NCBI GenBank assembly: GCA_045652625.1 | Contig: JAZRUR010000041.1 | Location: 16,494 to 80,493, forward strand | Origin: Eubacteriales bacterium | Lineage (GTDB): Bacteria; Bacillota; Clostridia; Oscillospirales; CAG-382 | DNA: 64,000 nt | Direction: 5' to 3' | Part shown: positions 28,108-38,136 of the stretch, in pieces | Layout of the letters: the number at the start of each line of letters is the position of its first letter | Position numbering within the stretch: position 1 is the stretch's first letter | Notes under the pieces: model-generated | What the model saw: only the letters and a program-made list of their open reading frames with translations | Databases searched by the model: none | What the model was told of the DNA's origin: nothing | Made by a program: the position numbers and the translations under genes

Positions 28108-28151
28108 ATAATATAATTATAAGTAATAATAGTTATTATTAAGAGGCATAT

Positions 28152-28925
28152 ATGAGCAAATGTAAGATTATTTGCTTCGCCAACCAAAAAGGCGGCGTAG
28201 GAAAAACAACAAGTGCGCTTAATATTGCAGCATGTATAGCAAGAAGCGGAAAACGCGTTTTGTTTATAGATTCCGACCCTCAAGGTAACGCAACGAGCGG
28301 ATTAGGTATTGTAAAGCGAACAATAACGGGTAGTGTTTATGATCTCCTTATCGGTAGACTGAATTGGGAAAACGCCACTATCAACACAAATGTGCGTGGC
28401 CTTTCGTTAATTCCGTCAAGCATCAATCTCGTTGGTGCTGAACTTGAACTTGTTGACGAAACCGACCGTGAGTATAGATTGCGAAATGCTTTAAAAGGCG
28501 CAGAAGAAAGGTTTGATTATATAATTATCGACTGCCCCCCCTCCCTTGGCTTGATTACAATCAACTCACTTGTTTCTGCAAAATATGTTGTTATACCTGT
28601 ACTTTGCGAATACTATTCACTCGAAGGTCTTTCACAACTTACCGCTACGATAAAGCAGATCCGAAGACTTTATAATCCGCAAATCGAACTTTTGGGCGTG
28701 TTAATCAACATGTTTGATGGCAGACTAAATTTGTCGATTGCAGTTTTGGAAGAAATCAAAAGACATTTTGCGGACAAGTTGTTCAGAACCCCTATTCCCC
28801 GAAGCGTAAAGATTAGCGAAGCGCCAAGTCACGGTATGCCGATAACCGACTACGACAAAAACGGCAAAGGCTCGGTTGCATATTCTGCAGTTGCGCTTGA
28901 ACTGATGAAAAGATGCGAAGCATAA
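28152..28925 (+). CDS. parA: Chromosome partitioning ATPase ParA/Soj
   Basis: Deviant Walker A FANQKGGVGKTT, IIIDCPPSLG and the SEAPSHGMPI C-terminal motif. Confidence 0.95.
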   Translation: MSKCKIICFANQKGGVGKTTSALNIAACIARSGKRVLFIDSDPQGNATSGLGIVKRTITGSVYDLLIGRLNWENATINTNVRGLSLIPSSINLVGAELELVDETDREYRLRNALKGAEERFDYIIIDCPPSLGLITINSLVSAKYVVIPVLCEYYSLEGLSQLTATIKQIRRLYNPQIELLGVLINMFDGRLNLSIAVLEEIKRHFADKLFRTPIPRSVKISEAPSHGMPITDYDKNGKGSVAYSAVALELMKRCEA

Positions 28926-28937
28926 CGGAGGAACCCA

Positions 28938-29831
28938 ATGGCTAAAAAAGGTCTTGGCAGAGGGCTTGACGCTCTACTTGCCGACAATGCGATAGAAGAA
29001 AAAGAATCAAGCGGTGTCACGGTTTTAAAAATATCCGATATTGAGCCTAACCGCGCACAGGCGAGAAAAAAGTTCGAAGAAACAGCACTTTTAGAACTTG
29101 CCGATTCAATAGGACGTCACGGCATACTTCAACCGATAGCCGTACGCAAGAAAAGTAATGGATATTATGAAATAATCGCAGGCGAACGCAGATGGCGCGC
29201 ATCGAAAATTGCAGGGCTCAGTGAGATTCCTGCAATAATACATGATGCAGATGACTTGCTTGCAGGTGAACTTTCACTTATAGAGAATCTCCAACGCGAA
29301 AACCTTAATGCCGCTGAAGAAGCGCGTGGTTACCGCGACCTTATGGAACGTTTCGGTCTTACGCAGGAAGAAGCGGCAGAACGTGTAGGCAAATCACGAA
29401 CCGCCGTTGCTAATATATTACGCATATTAAAACTTCCCGAAAGCGTATTGAATTTGGTTGAGGACGGTAGCCTTTCCTACGGTCATGCAAGAACATTAAT
29501 TCCACTTACGCAAATATGCGATGAAGACGACGTTTTAAAGTACGCTGAGTATGTTATTAAAAACGCTTTATCTGTCAGACAAACCGAGCAGTATGTTAAA
29601 TACATCTCCGAAGGCGGAAATAATAACAGAAACGACAAACATCTAACCGTTAGCAAGGCTTATTACAAAAAACTCGAAACTGACATGAGTGATGTTTTGG
29701 GAAGAAAAGCCATTATAAAGCAAACCGCAGACGGAAACGGAAAATTAACACTTTCCTTTTCGGGTACTGACGACCTCGAAGAACTTATAAAGAAAATTTG
29801 CGGCAACGGATTTTTTAATAACGAACAATAA
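28938..29831 (+). CDS. parB: Chromosome partitioning protein ParB/Spo0J
   Basis: LGRGLDALL, GILQPI, IIAGERRWRASK and the HTH region EEAAERVGKSRTAVAN. Confidence 0.95.
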   Translation: MAKKGLGRGLDALLADNAIEEKESSGVTVLKISDIEPNRAQARKKFEETALLELADSIGRHGILQPIAVRKKSNGYYEIIAGERRWRASKIAGLSEIPAIIHDADDLLAGELSLIENLQRENLNAAEEARGYRDLMERFGLTQEEAAERVGKSRTAVANILRILKLPESVLNLVEDGSLSYGHARTLIPLTQICDEDDVLKYAEYVIKNALSVRQTEQYVKYISEGGNNNRNDKHLTVSKAYYKKLETDMSDVLGRKAIIKQTADGNGKLTLSFSGTDDLEELIKKICGNGFFNNEQ

Positions 29832-29849
29832 ACGAACGGAGTATATAAA

Positions 29850-31127
29850 ATGATAGACATTAAATTTTTACGCGAAAATCCCGATATAGTTCGCGAAAAC
29901 ATCAAGAAAAAGTTTCAAGATGACAAATTGCCTCTTGTTGACGAGGTTATTGCACTTGATAAACGCAACCGCGAGATCAAGACCGAAGTTGAGGCACTTC
30001 GTGCAAACCGCAACAAAGCATCCAAGCAGATCGGCGCACTAATGGCGCAAGGCAAACGCGACGAAGCGGAAGAAGTGAAAAAAGCAGTTGCCGCCGACGG
30101 TGATAAAATTGATACTCTTTCTGCAGAAGAAAAAGAAGTCGGCGAAAAACTCAACACCATTATGATGCGTATCCCCAATATTATCGACCCTTCTGTACCT
30201 ATCGGTAAAAACGACGAAGAAAATGTCGAAGTTGAACGTTTTGGCGAACCGTTAGTTCCCGATTTCGAAATCCCCTATCATGCAGAAATTCTTGAAAAAC
30301 TCAAAGGCCTTGACCTTGACAGCGCAAGAAAGGTTGCAGGTAACGGTTTCTACTATTTGACCGGTGATATTGCTCAACTTCATTCTGCTGTTATCTCCTA
30401 CGCACGTGACTTTATGATACAGCGTGGTTTTGAATACTGCATTCCGCCTTTCATGATTCGCAGCAATGTTGTTACAGGTGTTATGAGTTTTGCTGAAATG
30501 GAAGCGATGATGTACAAGATAGAAGGCGAAGACCTTTATCTCATCGGCACCAGCGAACACTCAATGATAGGTAGATATATCGACACCATAATCCCTGAAA
30601 ATCAACTTCCGAAAACCCTTACCAGTTATTCGCCTTGCTTCCGTAAAGAAAAGGGCGCTCACGGTATAGAAGAACGTGGCATTTACCGTATCCACCAATT
30701 CGAAAAGCAGGAAATGATCGTCATCTGTAAACCCGAAGACAGCATGATGTGGTTTGACAAACTTTGGCAGAATACTGTTGATTTGTTCCGTACACTTGAC
30801 ATTCCCGTTCGTACTATCGAGTGTTGCTCGGGCGATTTGGCTGACCTTAAAGTCAAGTCGGTAGACGTCGAAGCATGGTCGCCGAGACAGAAAAAATATT
30901 TCGAAGTTGGCTCTTGCTCGAACCTCGGTGATGCTCAGGCGCGTAGACTTAAGATTCGTATTGACGGCGATAACGGAAAATATCTCGCTCACACTCTTAA
31001 CAACACCGTTGTTGCTCCTCCCAGAATGCTTATCGCATTGATCGAGAACAATCTTAACGAGGACGGTAGTGTAAATATACCCGAAGCATTAAGACCCTAT
31101 ATGCTCGGCAAGTCAATCATAAAATAG
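29850..31127 (+). CDS. serS: Serine--tRNA ligase
   Basis: N-terminal coiled coil MIDIKFLRENPD plus class II motifs FRKEKGAHG, RIHQFEKQEM and GSCSNLGDAQARRL. Confidence 0.97.
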   Translation: MIDIKFLRENPDIVRENIKKKFQDDKLPLVDEVIALDKRNREIKTEVEALRANRNKASKQIGALMAQGKRDEAEEVKKAVAADGDKIDTLSAEEKEVGEKLNTIMMRIPNIIDPSVPIGKNDEENVEVERFGEPLVPDFEIPYHAEILEKLKGLDLDSARKVAGNGFYYLTGDIAQLHSAVISYARDFMIQRGFEYCIPPFMIRSNVVTGVMSFAEMEAMMYKIEGEDLYLIGTSEHSMIGRYIDTIIPENQLPKTLTSYSPCFRKEKGAHGIEERGIYRIHQFEKQEMIVICKPEDSMMWFDKLWQNTVDLFRTLDIPVRTIECCSGDLADLKVKSVDVEAWSPRQKKYFEVGSCSNLGDAQARRLKIRIDGDNGKYLAHTLNNTVVAPPRMLIALIENNLNEDGSVNIPEALRPYMLGKSIIK

Positions 31128-31134
31128 GTGAGAT

Positions 31135-31572
31135 ATGGATATTTCTACTCTCATTTGGATGTTTATGATCGGTGCTTCGATAGCAATGGTTATAATGTAT
31201 TATAACGCGCGTTTCTTGGGCAGATTGGTACGCAAATTAATCCAAATTGATGCCACTTCTCCCGAAAGCGCAATGTCTATCAGCGACCTCGGACTTAAAA
31301 TGACTCCTGCCTTAAAACATTCGCTTCGACCCGGCACGAGTTTTTCCGAAACGGTTCTTAAGACAGAAGATGACCGATATTATATCGCACCCGACAAGTT
31401 ATCTATGGCAAAATCGAAATACAGAGGTAAGGATACAACCATAATATTTATATTACTATGTATCATTGCACTTGCTGTTGTCGCTTATGCATTTTCCCAG
31501 ATACTCCCCGACCTGTTAAACAAAGTTGGAGGCGATTTTACGCAAATTTTTGGTGGAGGAAATGATTTATGA
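31135..31572 (+). CDS. Hypothetical membrane protein (145 aa, N- and C-terminal TM segments)
   Basis: Two hydrophobic segments, LIWMFMIGASIAMVIMYY and IIFILLCIIALAVVAYAF. Its end overlaps the MORN gene by 4 nt. Confidence 0.5.
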   Translation: MDISTLIWMFMIGASIAMVIMYYNARFLGRLVRKLIQIDATSPESAMSISDLGLKMTPALKHSLRPGTSFSETVLKTEDDRYYIAPDKLSMAKSKYRGKDTTIIFILLCIIALAVVAYAFSQILPDLLNKVGGDFTQIFGGGNDL

Positions 31573-32426
31573 ATAGCAGACGAAAAGTCAACCCTATCAT
31601 TATAATTCTCATCGCCGCCATTGTATTGGTTATAATCACTGCCGCTATCATACTGTTTTTAGGCGGTAGGTTCACTACACTTGATAACGGTGCGAAATTT
31701 TTAGGAAAATCCGAAAACGGTCAACCCGTTTCGGGCACGATCAAATACCAAAACGGTACCGAAGCAACGCTTGATTATTACAATAGAAGCATAACTTATT
31801 CGAACGGTGATATTTATACCGGTGAAATAGTCGGCGGTTGCAGACACGGACACGGCGTGATGTCTTTTTCCGCAACAGGCGATGTTTATGAAGGTTATTT
31901 CCAAAAAGACGAGATCACGGGAACAGGTACTTTTAAATACTCTAACGGCGATATATACGAGGGCGGTTTTCTAAACTCACTCAAACACGGCCAAGGCACG
32001 TTCACTTATGCTAACGGAAACAGTTATGTCGGAAACTATGAAAACGACGTAAGAACCGGCAAAGGCGTATTCAAATGGGCCTCTGGCGCATCGTACGAAG
32101 GTGACTTTGCCGATGACCTTAAACACGGTTACGGCATAATGATTTACGAAAGCGGTGACCGTTACGAGGGTTATTTTAAAGAAGACATGTGTGACGGCGA
32201 AAGAGGCTTGTATATTTGGTCTAACGGCGAGAGATACAATGGCACTTTCCGCAACAACCGAATGGACACTCGCACAGTCGACAACGATGGTAATTTTATT
32301 CGCGACGAAAGAGGCGAATATGTACACGGTGAAAAGGCCACCTACACCTTTACAACCGGAAGAACTTATAGTGGGTATTTTATAGAAGGCCAAGCAGTTG
32401 GCGTTAATATTGGATTGGAGGAATAA
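31569..32426 (+). CDS. MORN-repeat protein with an N-terminal TM anchor
   Basis: A TM segment IIIILIAAIVLVIITAAIILFL is followed by about 7-8 tandem 23-aa MORN units (Y.NGD.YEG.F....HG.G), e.g. YSNGDIYTGEIVGGCRHGHG and YSNGDIYEGGFLNSLKHGQG. Confidence 0.85.
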   Translation: MNSRRKVNPIIIILIAAIVLVIITAAIILFLGGRFTTLDNGAKFLGKSENGQPVSGTIKYQNGTEATLDYYNRSITYSNGDIYTGEIVGGCRHGHGVMSFSATGDVYEGYFQKDEITGTGTFKYSNGDIYEGGFLNSLKHGQGTFTYANGNSYVGNYENDVRTGKGVFKWASGASYEGDFADDLKHGYGIMIYESGDRYEGYFKEDMCDGERGLYIWSNGERYNGTFRNNRMDTRTVDNDGNFIRDERGEYVHGEKATYTFTTGRTYSGYFIEGQAVGVNIGLEE

Positions 32427-32428
32427 TC

Positions 32429-33280
32429 ATGGCAAATTTTGTTTTTTCTGCATTCGCAGATGAAATCGATTCTAATTTTGACAAACAGATCGAGGGGTTG
32501 AAAGCGTTAAACATCGGTTATATTGAACTTCGCGGTGTTGACGGTAAAAGTTTTATTGAACTTACCGATGAAGAAGTTTTAGTTGTTAAGAACAAACTTG
32601 ACAGCAACAATATCAAGATTTCCGCACTCGGTACTCCCATTGGTAAAATCAACGTTGACGGTGACTTTGATGCTCACAAGAAGTTGCTTACCAGAATCAT
32701 GGACATTGGCGATATGCTTGGTTGCAAGGTACTCAGAATGTTCAGTTTCTACCCTGCTGACGGTATGTGTGACTGCGAATTTAAGAAAATCGCGTTCAAG
32801 TACGTTGGTGAACTTCTTGACATGGCTGATGCACGTGGTTTTATTCTCTGCCACGAAAACGAAAAAGATATATTCGGCTGTTCTCCCGAACGCGAACTTG
32901 AATTGATGCAGTATTTCGGCGGCAGATTAAAGGCAGTTTTAGACCCCGGTAACTTCGCGTTCTGTTTTGAAGATGCATCTAAAGGTTATCCCCTTTTGAA
33001 AGACTACATTCATTATTTCCACATCAAAGACGCTGATGAAACCGGCGCTATTGTTCCTCCCGGCAAAGGCGTTGCTTGTCTTGAAGAAACTCTCAAAGCA
33101 GTTAATAAGGACAGAGATGGTCAGGTCATCATTACTATGGAACCGCACTTGATGAACTTTACCGGTTTGTCAAGCCTTTCTAAACTTGATGATATACATC
33201 ACGTTTATTCCTTTGAAACACCGTTCGAAGCGTTTAAAGTTGCTACCGAAGCGGTAAGAGATATGGTTAGTAAGTTTTGA
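32429..33280 (+). CDS. Sugar phosphate isomerase/epimerase (xylose isomerase-like TIM barrel) family protein
   Basis: 283 aa. IELRG, the LCHENE (metal-ligand Glu) and HIKD blocks are typical of the AP_endonuc_2/TIM-barrel family. Confidence 0.7.
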   Translation: MANFVFSAFADEIDSNFDKQIEGLKALNIGYIELRGVDGKSFIELTDEEVLVVKNKLDSNNIKISALGTPIGKINVDGDFDAHKKLLTRIMDIGDMLGCKVLRMFSFYPADGMCDCEFKKIAFKYVGELLDMADARGFILCHENEKDIFGCSPERELELMQYFGGRLKAVLDPGNFAFCFEDASKGYPLLKDYIHYFHIKDADETGAIVPPGKGVACLEETLKAVNKDRDGQVIITMEPHLMNFTGLSSLSKLDDIHHVYSFETPFEAFKVATEAVRDMVSKF

Positions 33281-34869
33281 AAAATAAATTAAAACTATTC
33301 GGCGCGGTAATTAACCGCGCCGTAATAAATAAACGCGTTTCGCTTTCGCTTTGCTTCTTAGCAGGTGTATTAGGTGCACTTCCCTATTACAATGAGGAAC
33401 TGTTCATTTTCACATTTATTTCTTTATTCGTGCAGTTTTATATTGTAATAGAACAGAGAAAAGCATTCAACCGAATATTTGCCACTTTCTTTTGGTATTT
33501 TCTTGGTTTTTATTTTCCACTATACCTATTCCTTTCGGAACTTTACCCCTACAGTCGATTTGGATTTGACGAAAGCCAAGCAGTTTTCATTCTGATCTGT
33601 TCATGTATAGCGATTCCGCTTTTACATGCGGTCGTAGAAGCCTCTATAATGTTGCTCACGCGTTTTTTTAGTAACAATGGTTGGGACATTATTGCTTACG
33701 CTTCGATTTGGGTAATTGGCGAATGGGTGCTTTCTCTCGGGACACTTGCTTTCCCTTGGGGCGGCACTGCAGTATCTTTAACAGGTTTCCTCCCATACAT
33801 ACAAACCGCTTCTTTATTCGGAAAATACTTTGTTACCTTTATCACTACCGCAGGGTGCTATGCGTTTGCGTTGGGAGTAGTAGAACGAAGGAATATTTTC
33901 GCACTTATAGGCGCTTCTGTTATCAGTATCAATGCAATTTTAGGTACGATATTGTGGTATATACCGACCGAGAAAGGTAACGATGTTGCCGTTGCAGCGA
34001 TTCAAGGAAACGTACTTTCAAACGAAAAATGGGAGAGCGTTAACTCGAATCTCATTTTCGACCGATACATCGGTATGACCGAGGACGCGGCAAAAAGCGG
34101 TGCAAAACTTATAATTTTGCCGGAAAGTGCTATTCCGCAGTACTTCATTCCGAGCGGCAAGATTCATGACGCCTTATCGGATATCACAAATAAATACGAT
34201 GTTACGGTTGTTTGCGGCGTTCATTACTATGATAAAACAAGCAAAGCCAACTATAACTCCGTTGTTGCTGTTTATCCCGACGGAAGTCTATCGGAGCATT
34301 ATGACAAAAGGCATCTTGTTCCGTTCGGCGAGTTTATTCCATTTGTCGACTTTATCAGCGAATTTCTGCCATTCGTAGGAGAATTCAACAGTAGCACAAG
34401 CGAACTCTCCGAAGGCACTGAACCTGTGGTCATTGATACTAACCACGGTACAATTTCACCGTTAGTCTGTTTCGACTCTATTTTCCAGCAGTTTGCGCGT
34501 GATGGTGTAAATAAAGGTTCCGAATTTATTGCAGTCGTCACAAACGACAGTTGGTTTAACGACAGCATCGGCATTTATACCCATTTGCGTCATGCACAAC
34601 TACGTGCTATAGAAAACCGCCGTTATGTGCTTCGCGCCGCGAATACGGGCGTTTCAGCCTTTATTGATGAACGCGGAAGAGTTATTAACAAAACAGAACC
34701 GCTTACTATTGATACTGAAATCGGCAACGTTTATTCAATAGATAAAGTTACGCTATACACCGAAATCGGTGACATCATACTTTACGTTTCGTTTTTTAAT
34801 ATTGCTATATTTGTTCTGAACTATATAAGGAGATTGTTCAATGGAAAGAATACAACTTCACCAAAATGA
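33277..34869 (+). CDS. lnt: Apolipoprotein N-acyltransferase (Lnt)-like protein
   Basis: A polytopic N-terminal domain plus a CN-hydrolase domain with the E/K/C triad contexts LIILPESAIP, DKRHLVPFGEFIP and PLVCFDSIF, then a C-terminal TM segment. It uses a TTG start overlapping the upstream stop. Confidence 0.8.
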   Translation: MKNKLKLFGAVINRAVINKRVSLSLCFLAGVLGALPYYNEELFIFTFISLFVQFYIVIEQRKAFNRIFATFFWYFLGFYFPLYLFLSELYPYSRFGFDESQAVFILICSCIAIPLLHAVVEASIMLLTRFFSNNGWDIIAYASIWVIGEWVLSLGTLAFPWGGTAVSLTGFLPYIQTASLFGKYFVTFITTAGCYAFALGVVERRNIFALIGASVISINAILGTILWYIPTEKGNDVAVAAIQGNVLSNEKWESVNSNLIFDRYIGMTEDAAKSGAKLIILPESAIPQYFIPSGKIHDALSDITNKYDVTVVCGVHYYDKTSKANYNSVVAVYPDGSLSEHYDKRHLVPFGEFIPFVDFISEFLPFVGEFNSSTSELSEGTEPVVIDTNHGTISPLVCFDSIFQQFARDGVNKGSEFIAVVTNDSWFNDSIGIYTHLRHAQLRAIENRRYVLRAANTGVSAFIDERGRVINKTEPLTIDTEIGNVYSIDKVTLYTEIGDIILYVSFFNIAIFVLNYIRRLFNGKNTTSPK

Positions 34870-35701
34870 AATATACGACGGTGCTTCAACCGTTGTTCTT
34901 GAACTTTTGATACACCAAGCCTCCCCCGAACTCACTAAAGGAAGACGCCCCGCCATTATCGTTTTTCCGGGCGGCGGTTATAGTTATACTTCTGATAGAG
35001 AAGCAGAACCTATCGCAAGTGCATATTTTGCCGAAGGTTATAATTGTTTTGTACTTAGATACATAACAGGCGAAAAGGCAAAGATTGCAAATCCGCTTTA
35101 TGATGCCGCTGCCGCTATTGCTCATTTAAGGATAAATGCAGAAAAATATTGTATTGATTCTGAGAAAATAACGGTAGTTGGATTTTCCGCAGGCGGACAT
35201 CTTGCAGGTTTTATTGCGACACAATGGCATAGAAAAGAGATCAGCGAAAAATTAGGTATTGACAACAATCTATGCAAACCTAACGCGGCAATACTTGGTT
35301 ATCCCGTTATCACTCAAAAAGTCCCTTCGCATGTGCAATCCTTTGACAACCTTTTAGGTGTCGAACGCGATGAATCACTAAATCATATGGGCAACCTTGA
35401 CGAAAATGTTGATGAAAATACCTGCCCTTGCTTCATCTGGCATACTGCAAAAGATTCTGTAGTACCCGTTGCCAACTCACTTGCATTTGCACGAGCACTA
35501 ACAGACAAAGGTATCAGTTGTGAACTTCATATATTCCCTATGGGTGATCACGGTCTTTCTCGTGCAACTGCCGAAACCGCACCCGATTGGGGAACAAAAG
35601 CATATACTATCCCCTATGTTGCGCGTTGGATAAGGTGGTCTGTACTTTGGCTTGAACAGACTCTTCATGACGGAAACTTTAAAATCAATATTACCGAATA
35701 A
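34841..35701 (+). CDS. Alpha/beta hydrolase (esterase/lipase-like)
   Basis: Oxyanion region VFPGGGY, nucleophile elbow GFSAGGHLA and the catalytic His context MGDHGL. The listed ATG overlaps lnt by 29 nt. Confidence 0.8.
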   Translation: MERIQLHQNEIYDGASTVVLELLIHQASPELTKGRRPAIIVFPGGGYSYTSDREAEPIASAYFAEGYNCFVLRYITGEKAKIANPLYDAAAAIAHLRINAEKYCIDSEKITVVGFSAGGHLAGFIATQWHRKEISEKLGIDNNLCKPNAAILGYPVITQKVPSHVQSFDNLLGVERDESLNHMGNLDENVDENTCPCFIWHTAKDSVVPVANSLAFARALTDKGISCELHIFPMGDHGLSRATAETAPDWGTKAYTIPYVARWIRWSVLWLEQTLHDGNFKINITE

Positions 35702-35706
35702 TAAAC

Positions 35707-35738
35707 AAAAAACGCGACTTTAAGAGTCGCGTTTTTTT
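35707..35738 (+). terminator. Rho-independent terminator ending the parA...esterase unit
   Basis: A stem pairs AAAAAACGCGACT with AGTCGCGTTTTTT, with a 5-nt loop and a T7 tract. Confidence 0.85.
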
Positions 35739-35793
35739 ATTTAAACATAATTTAGGATTTCTTTGGAATAATATATTCAAAGGAGTGTTAAAT

Positions 35794-35880
35794 ATGTTTT
35801 TGTTTTTATTAGGGCTTTTATCCGGTGGATTGATCGGTGTTTTCTTCATGTGCCTTATGCAGGTCGGACGCCAACAATAA
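35794..35880 (+). CDS. Stand-alone 28-aa hydrophobic micro-protein
   Basis: Translation: MFLFLLGLLSGGLIGVFFMCLMQVGRQQ. An AAAGGAG RBS lies 7 nt upstream, and the ORF is flanked by terminators on both sides. It resembles small DUF3789-type Firmicute peptides from memory, unverified. Confidence 0.4.
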   Translation: MFLFLLGLLSGGLIGVFFMCLMQVGRQQ

Positions 35881-35889
35881 TTATTATGT

Positions 35890-35926
35890 AAAAAGCAGAT
35901 GCCTTTACAAAAGACATCTGCTTTTT
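35890..35926. terminator. Bidirectional terminator between the micro-ORF and groEL
   Basis: A stem pairs GCAGATG with CATCTGC inside AAAAAGCAGATG...CATCTGCTTTTT, with A/T runs on both sides. Confidence 0.75.
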
Positions 35927-35935
35927 CTATTTTAA

Positions 35936-37582
<1,647 letters not shown>

Positions 37583-37595
37583 TTACCTCCGTATA

Positions 37596-37907
<312 letters not shown>

Positions 37908-37975
37908 TTACGAAATATGTTATACACCGCATTTATGAACATTTTATGTCCTTTGCGCGTCGCATTTGTAAACAT

Positions 37976-38002
37976 TTGGCAATCGCACCGCGAGAGTGCT
38001 AA
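37976..38002 (-). promoter_or_regulatory. CIRCE-like HrcA operator upstream of groES
   Basis: The minus strand reads TTAGCACTC-N9-GATTGCCAA. The left arm matches the consensus TTAGCACTC-N9-GAGTGCTAA exactly, and the right arm matches at 7 of 9 positions. It lies about 95-120 nt upstream of the groES ATG. Confidence 0.65.
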
Positions 38003-38136
38003 CTTTAAACAAGATATTACATAATATTTGCTTTTGCTCTATAACAAGCAGTGCCAAAATGCTATCCTGTGCATTTACATACAAAACACTTTGCCCATTA
38101 TATAACAAAAAATCAAAAAAAGCAATATTTTCGTTA

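Noticed and set aside
27974-28151. The AT-rich divergent region upstream of parA as a possible oriC, and parS sites in or near parAB
   Set aside because: I found no TTATCCACA-type DnaA-box cluster, only one imperfect TTATCCTACA. No 16-mer comes close to TGTTNCACGTGAAACA anywhere I looked. The best CACGTG-centred site, near 15355-15370, matches 11 of 16 positions and lies inside the VanZ gene. dnaA and dnaN are not in the window.
29832-29849. An expected T-box leader upstream of serS
   Set aside because: The gap after parB is only 18 nt and holds just an RBS, so no leader can fit. This is reported as context under the pheS finding rather than as a feature.
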